The notes under the pieces: generated by a model
Databases searched by the model: none
What the model saw: the letters and a program-made list of their open reading frames with translations, nothing else
Told to the model about the DNA's origin: nothing
Shown here: in pieces, positions 44,941 to 59,732 of the stretch
How positions within the stretch are numbered: position 1 is the stretch's first letter
Layout: every line of letters begins with the position of its first letter
DNA from: Octopus vulgaris
Taxonomy: Eukaryota
Length of the DNA: 64,000 nt
Assembly: GCA_951406725.2 (NCBI GenBank)
Contig: OX597821.1
Coordinates: 62,868,001-62,932,000, forward strand
Reading direction: 5' to 3'
Position numbers and translations under genes: made by a program

Positions 44941-46035
44941 GTCAGCGAAGGCGGTACTTTCTCGCCTTCCACCTCCATGATATAGCTCTACTTTTGCAAA
45001 ATATTAAGTCCTCATATTGGCGTACTTAATTATGAAGATTTTAAAAATATTTTTTGCCTTCCTACAGTAAAGTAGAGTATTTCCATTTAAAATTTTGACT
45101 TTTAGTATTAATTTCTTGTTTCTGTGTTTGTCATTGTGTAATTCTAAACCCATTCTACTACAATTTCACAGGGTTTCACTATAAAATCTATAATCTATGT
45201 TCGTGCCTCAAAATAATTGGTGACGTGTAATTTCATGTTATTGCTACATATGAGATGGCCTTTGTATACTGACAACTATTCAAATAACTACTTACCATAA
45301 ATATATGTGTATTTTAAATTATATCTATATAATTTCTAAAATTGATTTGACTTTATAGGCACACACACACATACGTTTATACATACATATGTGAGTGTGT
45401 ATCTGCGTGTGTATACATGTGGGGGGTGAGAGGAAGAGACGTCAACATATATAATGACGAAAATTTCTTTTACACCAGTCAATGTGGTGGGAGAGCAAAT
45501 AGTGTAACTGCCTTCTATTTGTGAAAGTGGAGCGAAACATAATTTATATCCGTTAGGTTATTCTCTTAAAATAATATGTTAAGGGAGTTCTGACAATGAT
45601 GTACGACCGCTTAAACATCGAATAGTAATAAGAACAACAACAGCTCACCACTAATAACAGAGAACAAGAAAAATAAGATTTCAACAAAACAAAAACATCA
45701 GCGACAAAAACAACAACGGCAACAAATAACAGCAATAATAAAGTCTGAACAAGCGACTTCCATTGCTATACTGCAAATCTTTCCAATCATGAACAACAAA
45801 ATCAGTATCCAATAAAGTAGTATTATGTACGTTACACATTCTCCGCACGACAAACGACTTTCTAAAGTAAGGAGATGTAATAGAATATATCTTACAACGG
45901 CGTGTGTACTATAAAGCATTATACACGTATTTCCTCTCCCTCAAATATCACAATGTACAAACTCCAAGAACGCAGTTCCCTATCAGTTAGATATCATTGA
46001 TAAATATCAATTTGTATTGTTATAATTATTATTAA

Positions 46036-46200
46036 AATGGCGAGCTAATAGAATAGGTAACACGCATGGCAAATATGCACAGCGGCATTTCGTCCCTCTT
46101 TACGTTCTGAGTTCAATTTCTGCCCTGATCGATAAAATAAGTACTTAGGTCAATGTAGTCGACATAATCACTTCCTCGAAATAGCTGGCATTATGCAAAA
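46036..46200 (+). mobile_element. SINE family B, plus strand
   Basis: GGCGAGCTAATAGAA...TTTCGTC...TACGTTCTGAGTTCAATTTC...TCGATAAAATAAGTAC; followed by (TTA)n. Confidence 0.75.
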
Positions 46201-46210
46201 ATTATTATTA

Positions 46211-46257
<47 letters not shown>

Positions 46258-46812
46258 GAGTGAGAGAGCAGTGCATGCCATCAAAGTGACACTGGGGTAA
46301 AATATGCGAAGCCCAGTATACCCATCAAGACTACCCGTCTGATAAGGGTACACGAGGTACATACATCACAATCACATGTGCGCAACATGGTGATCTCATA
46401 TCAAGATAAACAGCACATGACCTTGCAGGTGAGGCCCAGTTAGAATTTTCTTCTGGTTGAGTAATCCATCCCACTCAAAATGTCCCTGAATAACGATTAT
46501 TTAAGGATGTTGATCGAAACACTCATGTTTCCAGTAGTGAATTATTCAAATCCCCAAAAATCTCCCTCAACACATGGCTATGATGCTCCCCCACTACTTC
46601 TGCTCGTGATCAGAAGATGCACATATCGTCAGCCACTAAGGAACATGATTAACTGGTTATGGTCAAACAAATGACAAGCAAATCTGTGGTATTGAGCAGA
46701 ATATTTGCTGTAGCCCATCTTTTATACCAAGACAAAACAATGTATAGGATAACACTTCCAATCAGTTAAGATCAGAAGCCACGAGAGCCACTGTCTGGTA
46801 CTGCATCAGGGC
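46258..46812 (-). mobile_element. Probable non-coding interspersed element ending in (TAA)n
   Basis: GC-richer ~550-bp block without an ORF. Its minus-strand 3' end runs into (TAA)n, and ~23 bp of its other end is duplicated at 46812-46837. Possibly an R4/Dong-derived non-autonomous element (inference). Confidence 0.45.
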
Positions 46813-46925
46813 TTAGAAGCCATGAGACCCACTGCCTCATACACTTACTAAAATATCCGCCCTCTTGAAAAATGCAAGACTTTCCGTCGGAAAGAATTTG
46901 GGCCTGAGTGGGTAGCAGGAATATA

Positions 46926-47023
<98 letters not shown>

Positions 47024-47990
47024 TGTGTATATGTGTGTGTGTGCATGTGTGTGTATGTGTGTGTGTGTGCACGTGTGCGTTTGTTTTTATATCGTTAGAT
47101 CAAGATATGTATATCACAGTCTTCGAAGCAATATTCTGCTATTTTTCTTATTGGGAGAGAATGAGTATATTTGTGAACGTTACGAAACATGTCCAACAAG
47201 AAGAGAAATAATTCAATAAAATATTACTTGCCCTGTAGAAATGGTCTTACGTGACAAAAGCATGTGGAAATATTAATCGAATTTCCGAAAAAAATGTGTT
47301 GATATCCAAACAGGATCAAGTTAAAAGAAGTAAAATTGAGCAGCAATTTAAATAGATATGGTTCCTTCTTTTCAAAATTACGGGTGAATAAGTCTCACTA
47401 GATTTCAATAAAGGCTGTTCACGTAAAATACACAGTGTTTGAAAATGTTTGAGAAAACAAAGTACTGAAAAAGCCAACTGCTAGCAGGAAGAAGAAACAT
47501 GTCCGCTAATGCCGAAATAATAATGATGGGGATATTAATATTTGATCAAAAAAGGAAATGAAAATTATTTGAGAATGATCACTGGCTTAGCATCACTGCA
47601 AGAAGAGCACGTATTGAGAAGGAAGAGCAACCCATGTAAATGCTCACAACACATGCAAATGATTTTTTCCGAGGCGTCGACGAAGATGACGACAATGACG
47701 TCGACGACCACGACCACGATGATGATGATGATTAAAATAGAGATCATAACTTAGCTCACAATAAAGTACGCCATCCAAAATACTGCCGAGATATGCACAT
47801 CTCTGTATGCCCGCTGCAATAAGCATCTAATAAAAGAGCACAACTTGCATAAATCCTTACGAAAGGGATCACTATTAAAGAATATAACAAAACATGATGT
47901 CGACAAATCAACACACAAATAAATCACACAATTTACATTAGATATTGTCCACATAGCAGGCAAAATATTCAAAGAACATAAGATATAAGC

Positions 47991-48326
47991 CAACAATAGC
48001 AAAAGTCACACAGTATTTAAAAAAAAAACGTATTTCTACATTACCTGAAAATAATGATAGAACAATTTCAAGCACACGAAGGTAATCCAAGTATTATTGC
48101 GTAGGTTTACATAGTAGGCAGTGTTTCATTATTCTTAATACTTTATTTTAGCGCAAGAAAGCTTTCAATGCTTCGTTTTTTTCTGTATCTCGAGAAATGA
48201 ACGTATTGAAGCAACATGAAAAAAAAATTCTTTATCAGATTGTCATAGTCACATAGAAAAGTAACTTGAGTTAAGATTGATATTTGATGTTATTAGATAG
48301 GACCATACCTGTCAAATAAACGGGAA

Positions 48327-48372
<46 letters not shown>

Positions 48373-49415
48373 TGTTAAATAAAAGTGGTGTATTTTCATG
48401 TAGCTATGTAGAAACAATTATAACTTTCATTCACAAAAATCAGAACTGTGCACGTTCAAAACTATAAACTCGGAAGAGTATAAGCTAAATGAAAATTGCT
48501 CAACATAATTACTTTCAAGAGAAATGTTTCCGCTTAGATGATAATAAATGTTTATATTCAAATAGATAACAATCAAATGAAACATTGATACAACAAGAGC
48601 AAAAGGACAAATGATAAGCTTAGTTTATATTACCCGCTGACAAATGTTAGGCTAAAGAATAGCATTTCGCAGATAATAACTTCATACATACTAAGTTCTT
48701 AAACTTATCGGCACAAGTTTAATTTACTGATGTGAACTATAATATTAAAACTATTTATCATATAGACAACGGAAATATGGAAAAGAAAGGGAAAGTTGAA
48801 ATGATTATTCTTCATAGAGTAAAAAAGTAGATATACATATAAACGTTATTTATTTAGTCTGTCAAATTATAGTTCTTACTTTTGCGCCAATGTAAGAACA
48901 TATCAACATTATTTGCAACAGATGTAGTGAACTGCAAATATATGAAAACTACTAAATATCGGGTTGTCCAGAAAGTTCGTGCCGTTTTATAGTAGGTTAC
49001 ATTTCGACTTATTTTAGAACATGGTTGTGTCCACAGAATAGGATTTGACTGCACCTCCATTTAGAGCACCGTTTAATCTATCTTTTCGTGGAAGAATGTT
49101 TATGTTCCTATAACCTGTGTTAATTCTGTAACCCTTTAAAATGGAAGATAAGAAAGTTCATTTTCGGCACTTGATGCTTTGGGAGCCAGATAAAAATTGC
49201 TGTAGCTCGACTGATATATGTTACCCCACCCTCTATCTTCACATTGAAAGTTTTCTTGCTCTGAAATAAAGTATTAAACATAATGAAACACTGCTTACGA
49301 TAGAAACCTGCGCAATAATACTTGGATTACCTTCGAGTGCTTGAGATTGTCCTGTCATTATCTTCTGAGAATGTAGAAATATATTTTTTATACTATGTCG
49401 CTTTTGCTATTGTTG
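47991..49415. repeat. ~180-bp inverted repeat pair (47991-48170 / 49241-49415) with ~1.07-kb spacer
   Basis: CAACAATAGCAAAAG...GAAGGTAATCCAAGTATTATTGCG...CTTTCAATG matches the reverse complement of the second arm, roughly 80% by eye. Confidence 0.9.
48957..49186 (+). mobile_element. mariner 5' end (TIR plus start of transposase), truncated
   Basis: TATCGGGTTGTCCAGAAAGTTCG terminus; ATG at 49141 gives MEDKKVHFRHLMLWE (cf. mariner N-terminus 'K.HFRH.LL'). Confidence 0.75.
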
Positions 49416-49551
49416 TAAGAGCTTGGTGCAAGAAACATCACTTTTGTTGAGCGGAGATCTTCATAAGAAATATAGAAAAAGTCCAAAGAAGGGAAGACGG
49501 AGAAAAAAACATGCCAACGATATATATGTGGTCAAACACACACACATACAT

Positions 49552-49604
<53 letters not shown>

Positions 49605-50305
49605 CGTGAATGTACATATGCGTAGACACGGAACGTGGATATGTGCATTCGTACATTTTCGAATTCAATATACATTTCTATATTTTCCTTCGTGTATGTA
49701 GTGGTTGCTATTAGTCACCGAAACTAAATTACTTTCAAATACATCAGGCAACAAAAACTTCCTTGATTTTTACCGTTTTAATTAAGCGAGACATAATATA
49801 AAAAACAAACATCATTACATTTCATTTCGTGTTCCAAAAGGTCGTTCTCATTTACAGCACTTCGCCGCCATTAGCTCCTGTTTAACTTCAAGTAAGGATG
49901 GTCGAATTTTGATAATTTGCTTATTAATATATATTTCATTCAATACGTTATTAGTCTAAGATTTACATATGTCTCCATCACTTTCATGTATTTGTTTCGT
50001 CCTCGACTTCTGGTTTTTTTCTTCAGCACCCTTTTCCTACTATTTCTTACTTTCGCCTCGCCTAACATCATGTAAATGTTCTTTTGTTTGTTTTTCCTTC
50101 TTGGCTACACTTCCCAGTTACCGTTTTATTTGATTTTAATACGTCAATTAACTAAATAAAGATGAATGGTCATTCTATAATTCAAGAAAATTTCAAATGT
50201 ATACAGTCAATTGGGGCCTGGGTGGAGGAACACTGAAGAAGCAATTCTTCAGTAGGAGATTCTAAAAATTACAACAAAAGCACACAGACATATAAGTGTG
50301 TAACC

Positions 50306-50356
<51 letters not shown>

Positions 50357-50466
50357 AGTGTGTGCGTGTGTATGTGAATGTGCATGTGTGTACAAATATG
50401 TTTATGCACACACATAAACACACATACACGCATATATATAGTCATATATTTCACGTATATTTGAAT

Positions 50467-50651
50467 AGGTCCAGGAGTGTCTGTGTAGTAAGAAGCTTGC
50501 TTACCAACCACATGGTTCCAGGTTCAGTCACACTGCGCGGCACCTTGAGCAAGTGTCTTCTACTATAGCCTCGGGCTGACCAAAGCCTTGGGAGTGGATC
50601 TGGTGGACGGAGACTGAATGGAGCCCGTTGTCTCTTTCCCAGTATATATAC

Positions 50652-50700
<49 letters not shown>

Positions 50701-50935
50701 CATATATATCTTTATATATATATATAAAGTATGTGTGTGTGTCTGCATTTGTCCCCCCACTATCGCTTGAAAACCGATGTTGGTGTGCTTACATCACCTT
50801 CACCTAGTGATTCGACAAAAATTCAGATAAAATAAGTACTAGGCGTTCATAGAATAAGCCCTGGGGTCGAATTATTCTACTAAAGGTGGTGCTCCAGCAT
50901 GCCCGCAGTAAATGGCTGAAACAAATAAATGAATA
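50467..50935 (+). mobile_element. SINE family A
   Basis: Homology to other family A copies over head, internal microsatellite and 3' arm. Confidence 0.85.
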
Positions 50936-52280
50936 TTTTTATAGGTATTTTTGTGTGTCAATGAGAGTAAGTGAATGTGTGTGAGACTGTTTGTGTGTTT
51001 GTTTTTTTGTTTGTGTGTGTGTTTATAACAATGATCGAGGGTTCAATAAATCATAAGTGACCGATCTGAACAATTAATAAATATATAATATATTCGTTTA
51101 TTAAGCACATGGGAGCAGAAAAATATACATGCACCAAAACAAAAGCAGCAGCAAGAAAAATGTATCATTCACAGGAACAGTAGTAGCATAAGCATGAATT
51201 ATTATTGACGACCTTTCGTCTCATAGTAAATTCTGTAATGAATCTGAGCCATTAGTCATCTCTATTTGATTATTTATAAAACTACAATTTCTAGCAACAT
51301 TTCGTATTATTGTCCACATTGATTTATTAACGCTGTCTATGGTGTGAAAATATTGTGTTTCTTTTTTATTCTTTTTTATAACATAGCTTTGTTGTGTTGT
51401 TTTGTATGCTATTGCTTTTTGTTAATATTGTATTTATTGGCTTTGTATGTTGAGAAGAGGGCATCCTTAACAGGAATCATCGACTAAGAGAACAGAAGTG
51501 CAGGAAATCCAAGACGTGAAAAGTAGGTAAATTAAACTAACATAGGTTAATATGTTTGAAGGATTCGGAGGCGTACGGATATAATAAATATATCTATAAG
51601 TGCACATGGAAAATTATATACTTACCTTTGCTTAATAGAAATCAGAACTTTACAGCATTATTCATATGTTGCATAATGTAGAAAATGGCAAAGCTTCATA
51701 AAAAGCATACATAAGTCGTCTGTGAATAGGCATAAATAATATTACACAAGTATACGTATGTATGTGCAAATATATATACAAAAATATATTTTTGTATATA
51801 TAATATACATATATATATATAAATATATATATATATATGATTCACCAGGTGGTGCTATTAAGTTAGACATGGCCTGGGCCAATAATGGCCGAAACCTATC
51901 AAAGTATCAAAGTATATATATATATATATATATATATAGATATGTATATACATATATATGTGTATGTATATATATATATTCATTTATTTTCACATGTATG
52001 TAAAGTTATATGAATACATATATGTATATATACATACATCTAAATAACATTTAGAATGAGAATATTTTATAACAAATGTAGAAAGCACCGAGTATATATA
52101 AATATATATATATATGCATATATATACATATATATATATATAGATCGTTATAGATATATGTGTATATATATATATGTATATATGTGTTTATATACATATA
52201 TATATGTATTTATATATATATGTATTCATATATATATATATATATGTATTCATATATATATATGTATTCATATGTATATA

Positions 52281-52330
<50 letters not shown>

Positions 52331-52704
52331 TATGAATATATATGCATATACATATATACATATATATATATATACGTATATGAATGTACTCAAAAATGTG
52401 CCCAAAGTGTAGTATATAATAAGTTCAAAACGGACATAAATATCATACAGATAAAATATGATTAATGAGTACCTATTATGAGAATATATTTAAAGTGTAT
52501 TATTCGACACATTATTCGTATTTTAAATACTATTTTTCACGAAGAAAAGTGTATGAGATCTATAATCAAGGGTACTATAATATGAGAATTTTAAATATTA
52601 AATATCTTATAGCTAATACATTAAATATCATTAATAAGGTTGATATTTAGTATATTACTCATGAAATTATATATGAATTCTCTCACGGTACATATATATA
52701 TATA

Positions 52705-52925
52705 TGTATGGATCAAAACATTTTGAGTCAAATTCAACAATACATTTCCGTTTCAAGCATGACGCTAATGGACAGCCATTTTGAATTTCAAATACAAAAT
52801 GGCTGGCGACTAGCACCACGCTTCAGAATGAAGAGTAGCACTGAATTTGAAACAAACTGTTTTCATCCATACATGTAACTCCCAATAAATTGGCTGAGTT
52901 CCCTTCTTTTGTCTGCCCACTCACT

Positions 52926-52930
<5 letters not shown>
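52705..52930. mobile_element. Probable Tc1/mariner-type MITE fragment with internal hairpin
   Basis: Ends in TA next to (TA)n; perfect 11-bp stem CAGCCATTTTG/CAAAATGGCTG at 52773-52805. Confidence 0.4.
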
Positions 52931-52990
<60 letters not shown>

Positions 52991-53131
52991 TATGTATATG
53001 TATATATAGTATTATTATTTTCTGAAACAGTTTGATTCGGCTACACGAGACTTGAAATTACGTAAACTCTCCTAGTAGAAACCCAGCTCAGCTACACTAT
53101 ATATATTTATACATATGTATGTACATATGTG

Positions 53132-53216
<85 letters not shown>

Positions 53217-53547
53217 ATATATATACACATTTATATATATATATATATAAATGTACACAAACACATACACAAATAGATAGACACATACATGCATAAATAG
53301 ATAGATAAATCGATAGACTGAGAGACACTGGGTAAAAATATAATATAATAAAACATATATATTATATATTATAAATATGTTACGTTTAATACATAGACAC
53401 TTTAAGTATTTTTTTATGACAAGTCAATGCAAGTTATAAAACTAATTAATGCAGCCTTATAACGTAGAATTAGTGAATACTAGGTAATAATACTTTGTTC
53501 AAAATTTTTGTAGCTTGTCAAGATTTAGCTTGAAGAAATTAAGACGC

Positions 53548-53598
<51 letters not shown>

Positions 53599-53776
53599 TA
53601 CATATATACATATATATACACATATATATATACACATATATATATGTACATATATTTATTAATCTATGTATATATATTCATACAAAAACATTTTTCTGAA
53701 TATATATATATATATATATATATAACTAATTGTATATATGTATATAGAAGACTAGTTTTCGCGATGCATTTTCATC

Positions 53777-53828
<52 letters not shown>

Positions 53829-54432
53829 AGTCAATGATTCATGAAAACAATAATATTATTGTCGCTATATATAAATAGTTGTAGAAAATTATGTATGTAT
53901 GTGTACATATATTTATCTATATATATACATGTGTGTGTGTTTATATATATATACACATGTGTGTGAATATATATATATACACATATATGTATATATATAT
54001 ATGCATGTTTATATGTATGTATATATATACATACACACACACACATATATATATGTGTGTTAGTGTATATATATATATATCTAAAATCTTCAGTGGAAGT
54101 AATTGCGAAGTTAACCTCGAACTTGCGAATCACATAGTTGCTAATAATATTAGACACGATTTATGATACCTGAATTAAACAAAGTGAAGCGTTCTTGGTA
54201 AGCTTTGTTAAGTTTGTGTATATTAGGCACGTAGTCAATTATTTCAACAACCGTTGAACGATTTAAGTAAAGCAAAAACGCCTTCGGACACGAAATATGC
54301 CGTTTTACTGATCGTTACAGAATTCATACGCTGGCAAACACAGGTAATGTTATATTTCACAGTCTCTTAACTAAATGGATTATCTCAAGGCTCTCTACAC
54401 CTTCGTTACAACTAAAAATTGAAATATTGCAG

Positions 54433-54627
54433 AAAAAAACCAGTGCGGAGACCCTCCTACCGTACATCATGCTGAACATGATGGTGATAAAAGCCTGAAG
54501 GGCTACCCAAATGGTCACATGTTGGATTATCGCTGCAAGAAGGGTTTTTCAGCAAGACGAGATAGTGTGTTCCGGGCTTGGTGTGTTGGCGGAGGCGTAT
54601 GGGTTGGTCCCAATATGACGTGTTCTC
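54433..54627 (+). CDS. Internal coding exon encoding one Sushi/CCP (SCR) domain; LEV-9/Hasp-like extracellular protein (partial gene)
   Basis: Bounded by ttgcag| and |gtaagt; 195 bp, phase 1-1, no stops. Translation KNQCGDPPTVHHAEHDGDKSLKGYPNGHMLDYRCKKGFSARRDSVFRAWCVGGGVWVGPNMTCS has the four-Cys C-xx-PP...Y-x-C-xx-GF...C...W...C Sushi pattern. The CGxPPxxxHAxH start and WxGPxxxC end recall LEV-9/Hasp CCP repeats (family assignment is inference). Confidence 0.9.
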
Positions 54628-55168
54628 GTAAGTAAAAGCATTTCAGTGCTCTTTTCAACAACTCTTAATACACTGATGCTATTATTAACTGATTATCAGA
54701 TTGGTTTCTCTACTCTGCGTATACTTCTAATGTTAATATGTTAATATAATAATGGATAAAAAGCCGTCTATGTAGTCATAAAGAAGTCATCTCGAAATTG
54801 AGTGTTTAGTATGAAATTTCTGAAAAACTACCATTTCAACTTCTGACGAATGTTGTGCATTATAGTTAGAAATTGGAAGAGAGCGTTTGATTGTTAAAAC
54901 ATCTTAACTTTCATGAACTTGGAAGAATGTTTGTTTCGGTCAACAAGAACAACGTTAAAAATTGACAAAAATTATAGTTCTATTTATTTGGATTGTGTTT
55001 GAATGGAAGAAAGAATTGATAAGCCCTTTAATAATTAGAAACCTAGATAGAACCCGTGAACAAGGGTCTACTTTTTTACAATTCAACAATGTATACATAC
55101 ACACATACATCAATATATATATATATTCATATATATATATGTGTGTGTATGTGCGTTTGTGTGTGTGT

Positions 55169-55235
<67 letters not shown>

Positions 55236-55646
55236 GCACTGTAACTTTTCTTCCAACCGTTAATGTCACTGTAATCCAACATTGGATTGCTGATGAAAAA
55301 GTGAGAAAAAACCAGAATGATGATAACTTCCGCCTAAGCATGCGTTCAAACGGGTATTGGGAATGTTTGTAGCTTACTGTTGTTTGCTGTTGCAAATTTA
55401 CCTTTGCTAGCTGAAGGCATAACTGAGGTGATTAGTGCTATTCTAAAAGTGTAATTTTACACATATTCATATGTATATATAGGTGTAGATATATTTTTGT
55501 ATATATGTACATAAAACCGAATTTGAAATAATTAAAAAAAATACGCTAAAGGCAAATAAATGAGCACAACACTATAAGTGTAATTGGAAGCCTTCCCATT
55601 CACACACACACACATACATACATACATACATACATACATACATACA

Positions 55647-55714
<68 letters not shown>

Positions 55715-56042
55715 TATACATATATATATGTATATACATATATATACATATATATATGTATATATATATATATATATCCATACATATAGGTACATACACA
55801 CATATCTGAATAAATAAAAGTTTATTTTGAATTGGCTGCTCGCAAGTTTGCCCTTCCATTACGCCTTCAGCTATCGTAAGTACAACATCGAGTGATAAGT
55901 AGAATTATGGCTCATAGTTCTATGGATGAAATTATGCATGCATTAATGCATATATACAAACACACATACATGCATATGTACAAATATACGTACACTCACA
56001 CACATGTATATATATATATATATATATATACATATATATATG

Positions 56043-56096
<54 letters not shown>

Positions 56097-56679
56097 TGTG
56101 CGTGTATGTGTGCTTGTGTGCGTGTGTGTGTAGCTAAGCATATATACCCAAATATATTTATCTACACATGCATATAATTGCGACTCATTTGAAAATACTG
56201 TATCAAGTTTAGGAGTTTAATTTCCTGTCTTAGATTACATTGCGGAATGTTGGTTTCATAGGTTTTGAAAATCTTAATTCATGAATTAAATGTTAAACCA
56301 CAGCAAATGTCAACTGGTCAACGTATCCAACCAGTAATCTCGTACAGTATCAATTAGATTAATTAATAGTCCATCCTGTAGTAGACGTTAATCTTAGAAA
56401 TAACAACAGCTTTGTGCTCTAAGTTGTAAATAATTAGTAATCTGTTATTTTTTTGAAAGTGAAGAGAAAATTTATGCTATCAAAAGAGTGTTTACCAAAT
56501 GAGGTTATCTCTGCAGAATCAATGATTTTATCTCTGCAGAATTCATAGCAAGAGTAGCGATATAATAATATTTATCTGAAGAAAACCATTAAGAATAAAT
56601 GAAAAATGAGAATATCGCACTCCTAACACGAAAAGTAAGACACCATAGTCTTCTCTTCTGTTGACGCAATACCTAAAAT

Positions 56680-56835
56680 TACATTGACCCCAGTGCTCAA
56701 TTGGTACTTATTATCATCTCGAAAGGATTAAATGCAAGTCGGCCTTGGCAAAATAGGAACGAGGATATAAAGACGAACGAAATTTTTCGAAGCATTTTGA
56801 CTGCTGTGCTAACGCTCCTGCCAGCTGACCTCTTT
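56680..56835 (-). mobile_element. SINE family B, diverged
   Basis: GACCCCAGTG..TTGGTACTTA...GCTAACG..CTGCCAGCT shared with the 5271-5855 units. Confidence 0.65.
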
Positions 56836-58050
56836 AGTAAGACGAGGTATTGACTTGTAAACGCTTAATATAGACGAAAATTTCGAAATCATTCCACTTA
56901 TAAAAATAGGCGTATATAGAACTAGTGGCATATTAATTTCATCTGGATTTGCATAGATCGTGCTACCGATCTTCCGTTGTTATTTAATAGGCTACTTAAA
57001 ACTTACTCCTTGGTTGATCGCTGAAACAATCAGGGGTTTCTGACTACCCATGTATGTGGCTGAAGAGAAGATGGCCTCTGATTTTCATGTTACAAAAACG
57101 TTTATGAATATTGGAAAGTGATTCTTCTACTAATTCAGGGTAGTTTTCTAGTTTATATTCGCTTTTAAAGATTTTGTGAAATTGGAAAGCCATCCTGACG
57201 AAATATCAGATTTAATCATTCACTCAATTTATGAAGCACGTTTAATTTAAGTACATAGATAATTTAAGCTTACCCATACGAATATAAAGATTTACAACGT
57301 TGCCTCACTTAATGCTCAAAATATGAATTTTGTTATTGGCAACTGTTAGTATTTAGCATGAACTAAACTGCACATTGTAGATTGTCACACGCAGATAAAC
57401 AACACAAGAGTAGTGTGGGACAATTTCATATGCTAACTAACAAATTTGTATGAGAAAATATTTAAGTGAAATTTATCTTCTATTTTATGTACAAAATCGT
57501 CAATTATATTACATTAATCTATAAATTATAAGCATAAAAAACGAGCATAAAAAAGTAAATGAGATCCACTATAAGTACACCTCATTTTTAATAAATTTTT
57601 GCCAGCACAAATAAAATAGACCAGAAAAGAAATTCCTAACATCCCCAAAGAAGCATATTAAATTAATGCTGATCAATATTCACAATATTTTCTAATATAA
57701 TTGAGAAATATGCTCGCAACCAGCATTGTGAATTTTATTGTAGGAAAAAATATGCATAACGTTTATGAAAACATGCATAATCTCGCATCCGCAAGATATT
57801 TTAAATACACTTAATCAGTGGAGTAAAAATTAATCAATGCGACAATTTGGCATTTGTGACAGTTTGTAGCATCTCTTCATTTTCTCTTGGTCCATTCTCG
57901 GTCAACCCATGAAGTAATTTTGTATAGAGTCCATGCGTTTCATACACGATTGTTAAGAATGGTTTCTTTGCAGTTAATATTAGTGTTTTCATCGGGAATG
58001 TCGAAACAATACACACACACACATATATATATATATATACATACATATTT

Positions 58051-58210
58051 ACGACGGGCTTCTTTCAGTTTCCGTCTACCAAATCCACTCATAAGGCTTT
58101 GGTCGGCCCGAGGCTATAGTAGGAGACACTTACCCAAGGTGTCACGCAGTGGGACTGAACCCAGAACCATGTGGTTGGTAAGCAAGTTACTTAACCACAC
58201 AGCTTCTCCT
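58051..58210 (-). mobile_element. SINE family A head and left arm, minus strand
   Basis: Reverse complement of the family A left arm (ACGACGGGCTTCTTTCAGTTTCCGTCTACC...GGGACTGAACCC). Confidence 0.9.
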
Positions 58211-58259
58211 TAATTTTTCGTCAATGAATTATTTAATACAGGTTTTTTTTCTCTAAATG

Positions 58260-58293
<34 letters not shown>

Positions 58294-59102
58294 TAAAGAT
58301 TAAAGACGCGTGGAGTGAGTGTATCAGGGTACAAATTGATAATAATTAATTTGTTGAATACTTTCTAATATAATTGACAAATTTTATTTATCTCTCACAA
58401 TATAAAACCACATTGTATGGAACAGAGAATGCTGCGATATTTAACTTGAGAAGATCTTTCGTAAGCATTCGTGGTGCCTAGATATATTCCACATCATATC
58501 GCTGACAGAGGAGAATCGTTTGCTACGGCTACCGGAACTGCCAAACGAGGTGACTTCACTCTGATATGGTTTCCCGAGGAAGAGATGACCAGCAACGACA
58601 TAACATCCGAATCTCACGTCAAATGTTTATTTCGGCAGGGGCAACACAAATGGCCAGAGAGCTTATTAAAAAACAAACAACAATCAGTAACGACAGAAAC
58701 AGTATTAGTACCAGAAAGGAATCTTTATATTCAATTTAACGTGACATTGAAAGAACATAATGCATGTAATATCAAATGGAACAGATTTCAATAACGCAAT
58801 CTTTATATAAAAATCTACTGACTATATAATTTACAAAGATGTGAGGCATCTTACATCACGGAATTTTCTATAGCAGCTCTAAGACTGAAATGTTTCAATA
58901 GATGCAAATATTTAGCGAAAATTATTATCCTAGACGGCAATATACAGAACGACTTGACGGGATGAATTCTTCTGACAGGCAATGATGTATAATCAAAATT
59001 TTCATATTTGCAAAACTAATATTCCCACTTTCTTGAAATTTCAACATTTCGCTTATAACCTTGAATATTCCAAATTGACAAACATACACTCTCAACTCAA
59101 TA

Positions 59103-59342
<240 letters not shown>

Positions 59343-59664
59343 CTAGAGAGACGCTAATGATTTTTATAAGGCTTTGATTTATCATGTATAAAGATACCGC
59401 AAATCCGTTTGTAAATGATTGTCCGATTTTAAAACGTTCATTACACCGAAAGTAAACAAAACAGAGAGAACCAAAGATAAACATACAAACCCAGGAGTTT
59501 GAACACATGCATAGCAGCAAGTTCATATCATCATTTTGAATTTCTTTCTTCTTTAGTATTCAGGGTGATCTCCGTTCTAAATGATGACGGCTGCAGTAAG
59601 AAACCTACACAGATTATGAAACATGAACTGTGGACGAGTTAGAGTAGAACGAGTTAGAATAAAG

Positions 59665-59732
<68 letters not shown>

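Noticed and set aside
51474-51526. Possible micro-exon (cag|GAATCA...AGTAG|gtaaat)
   Set aside because: The only open frame ends in phase 2, incompatible with the phase 1 Sushi exon; no recognisable motif.
58471-58794. 107-aa non-repetitive ORF
   Set aside because: No recognisable domain or splice signals, and a non-ATG start.
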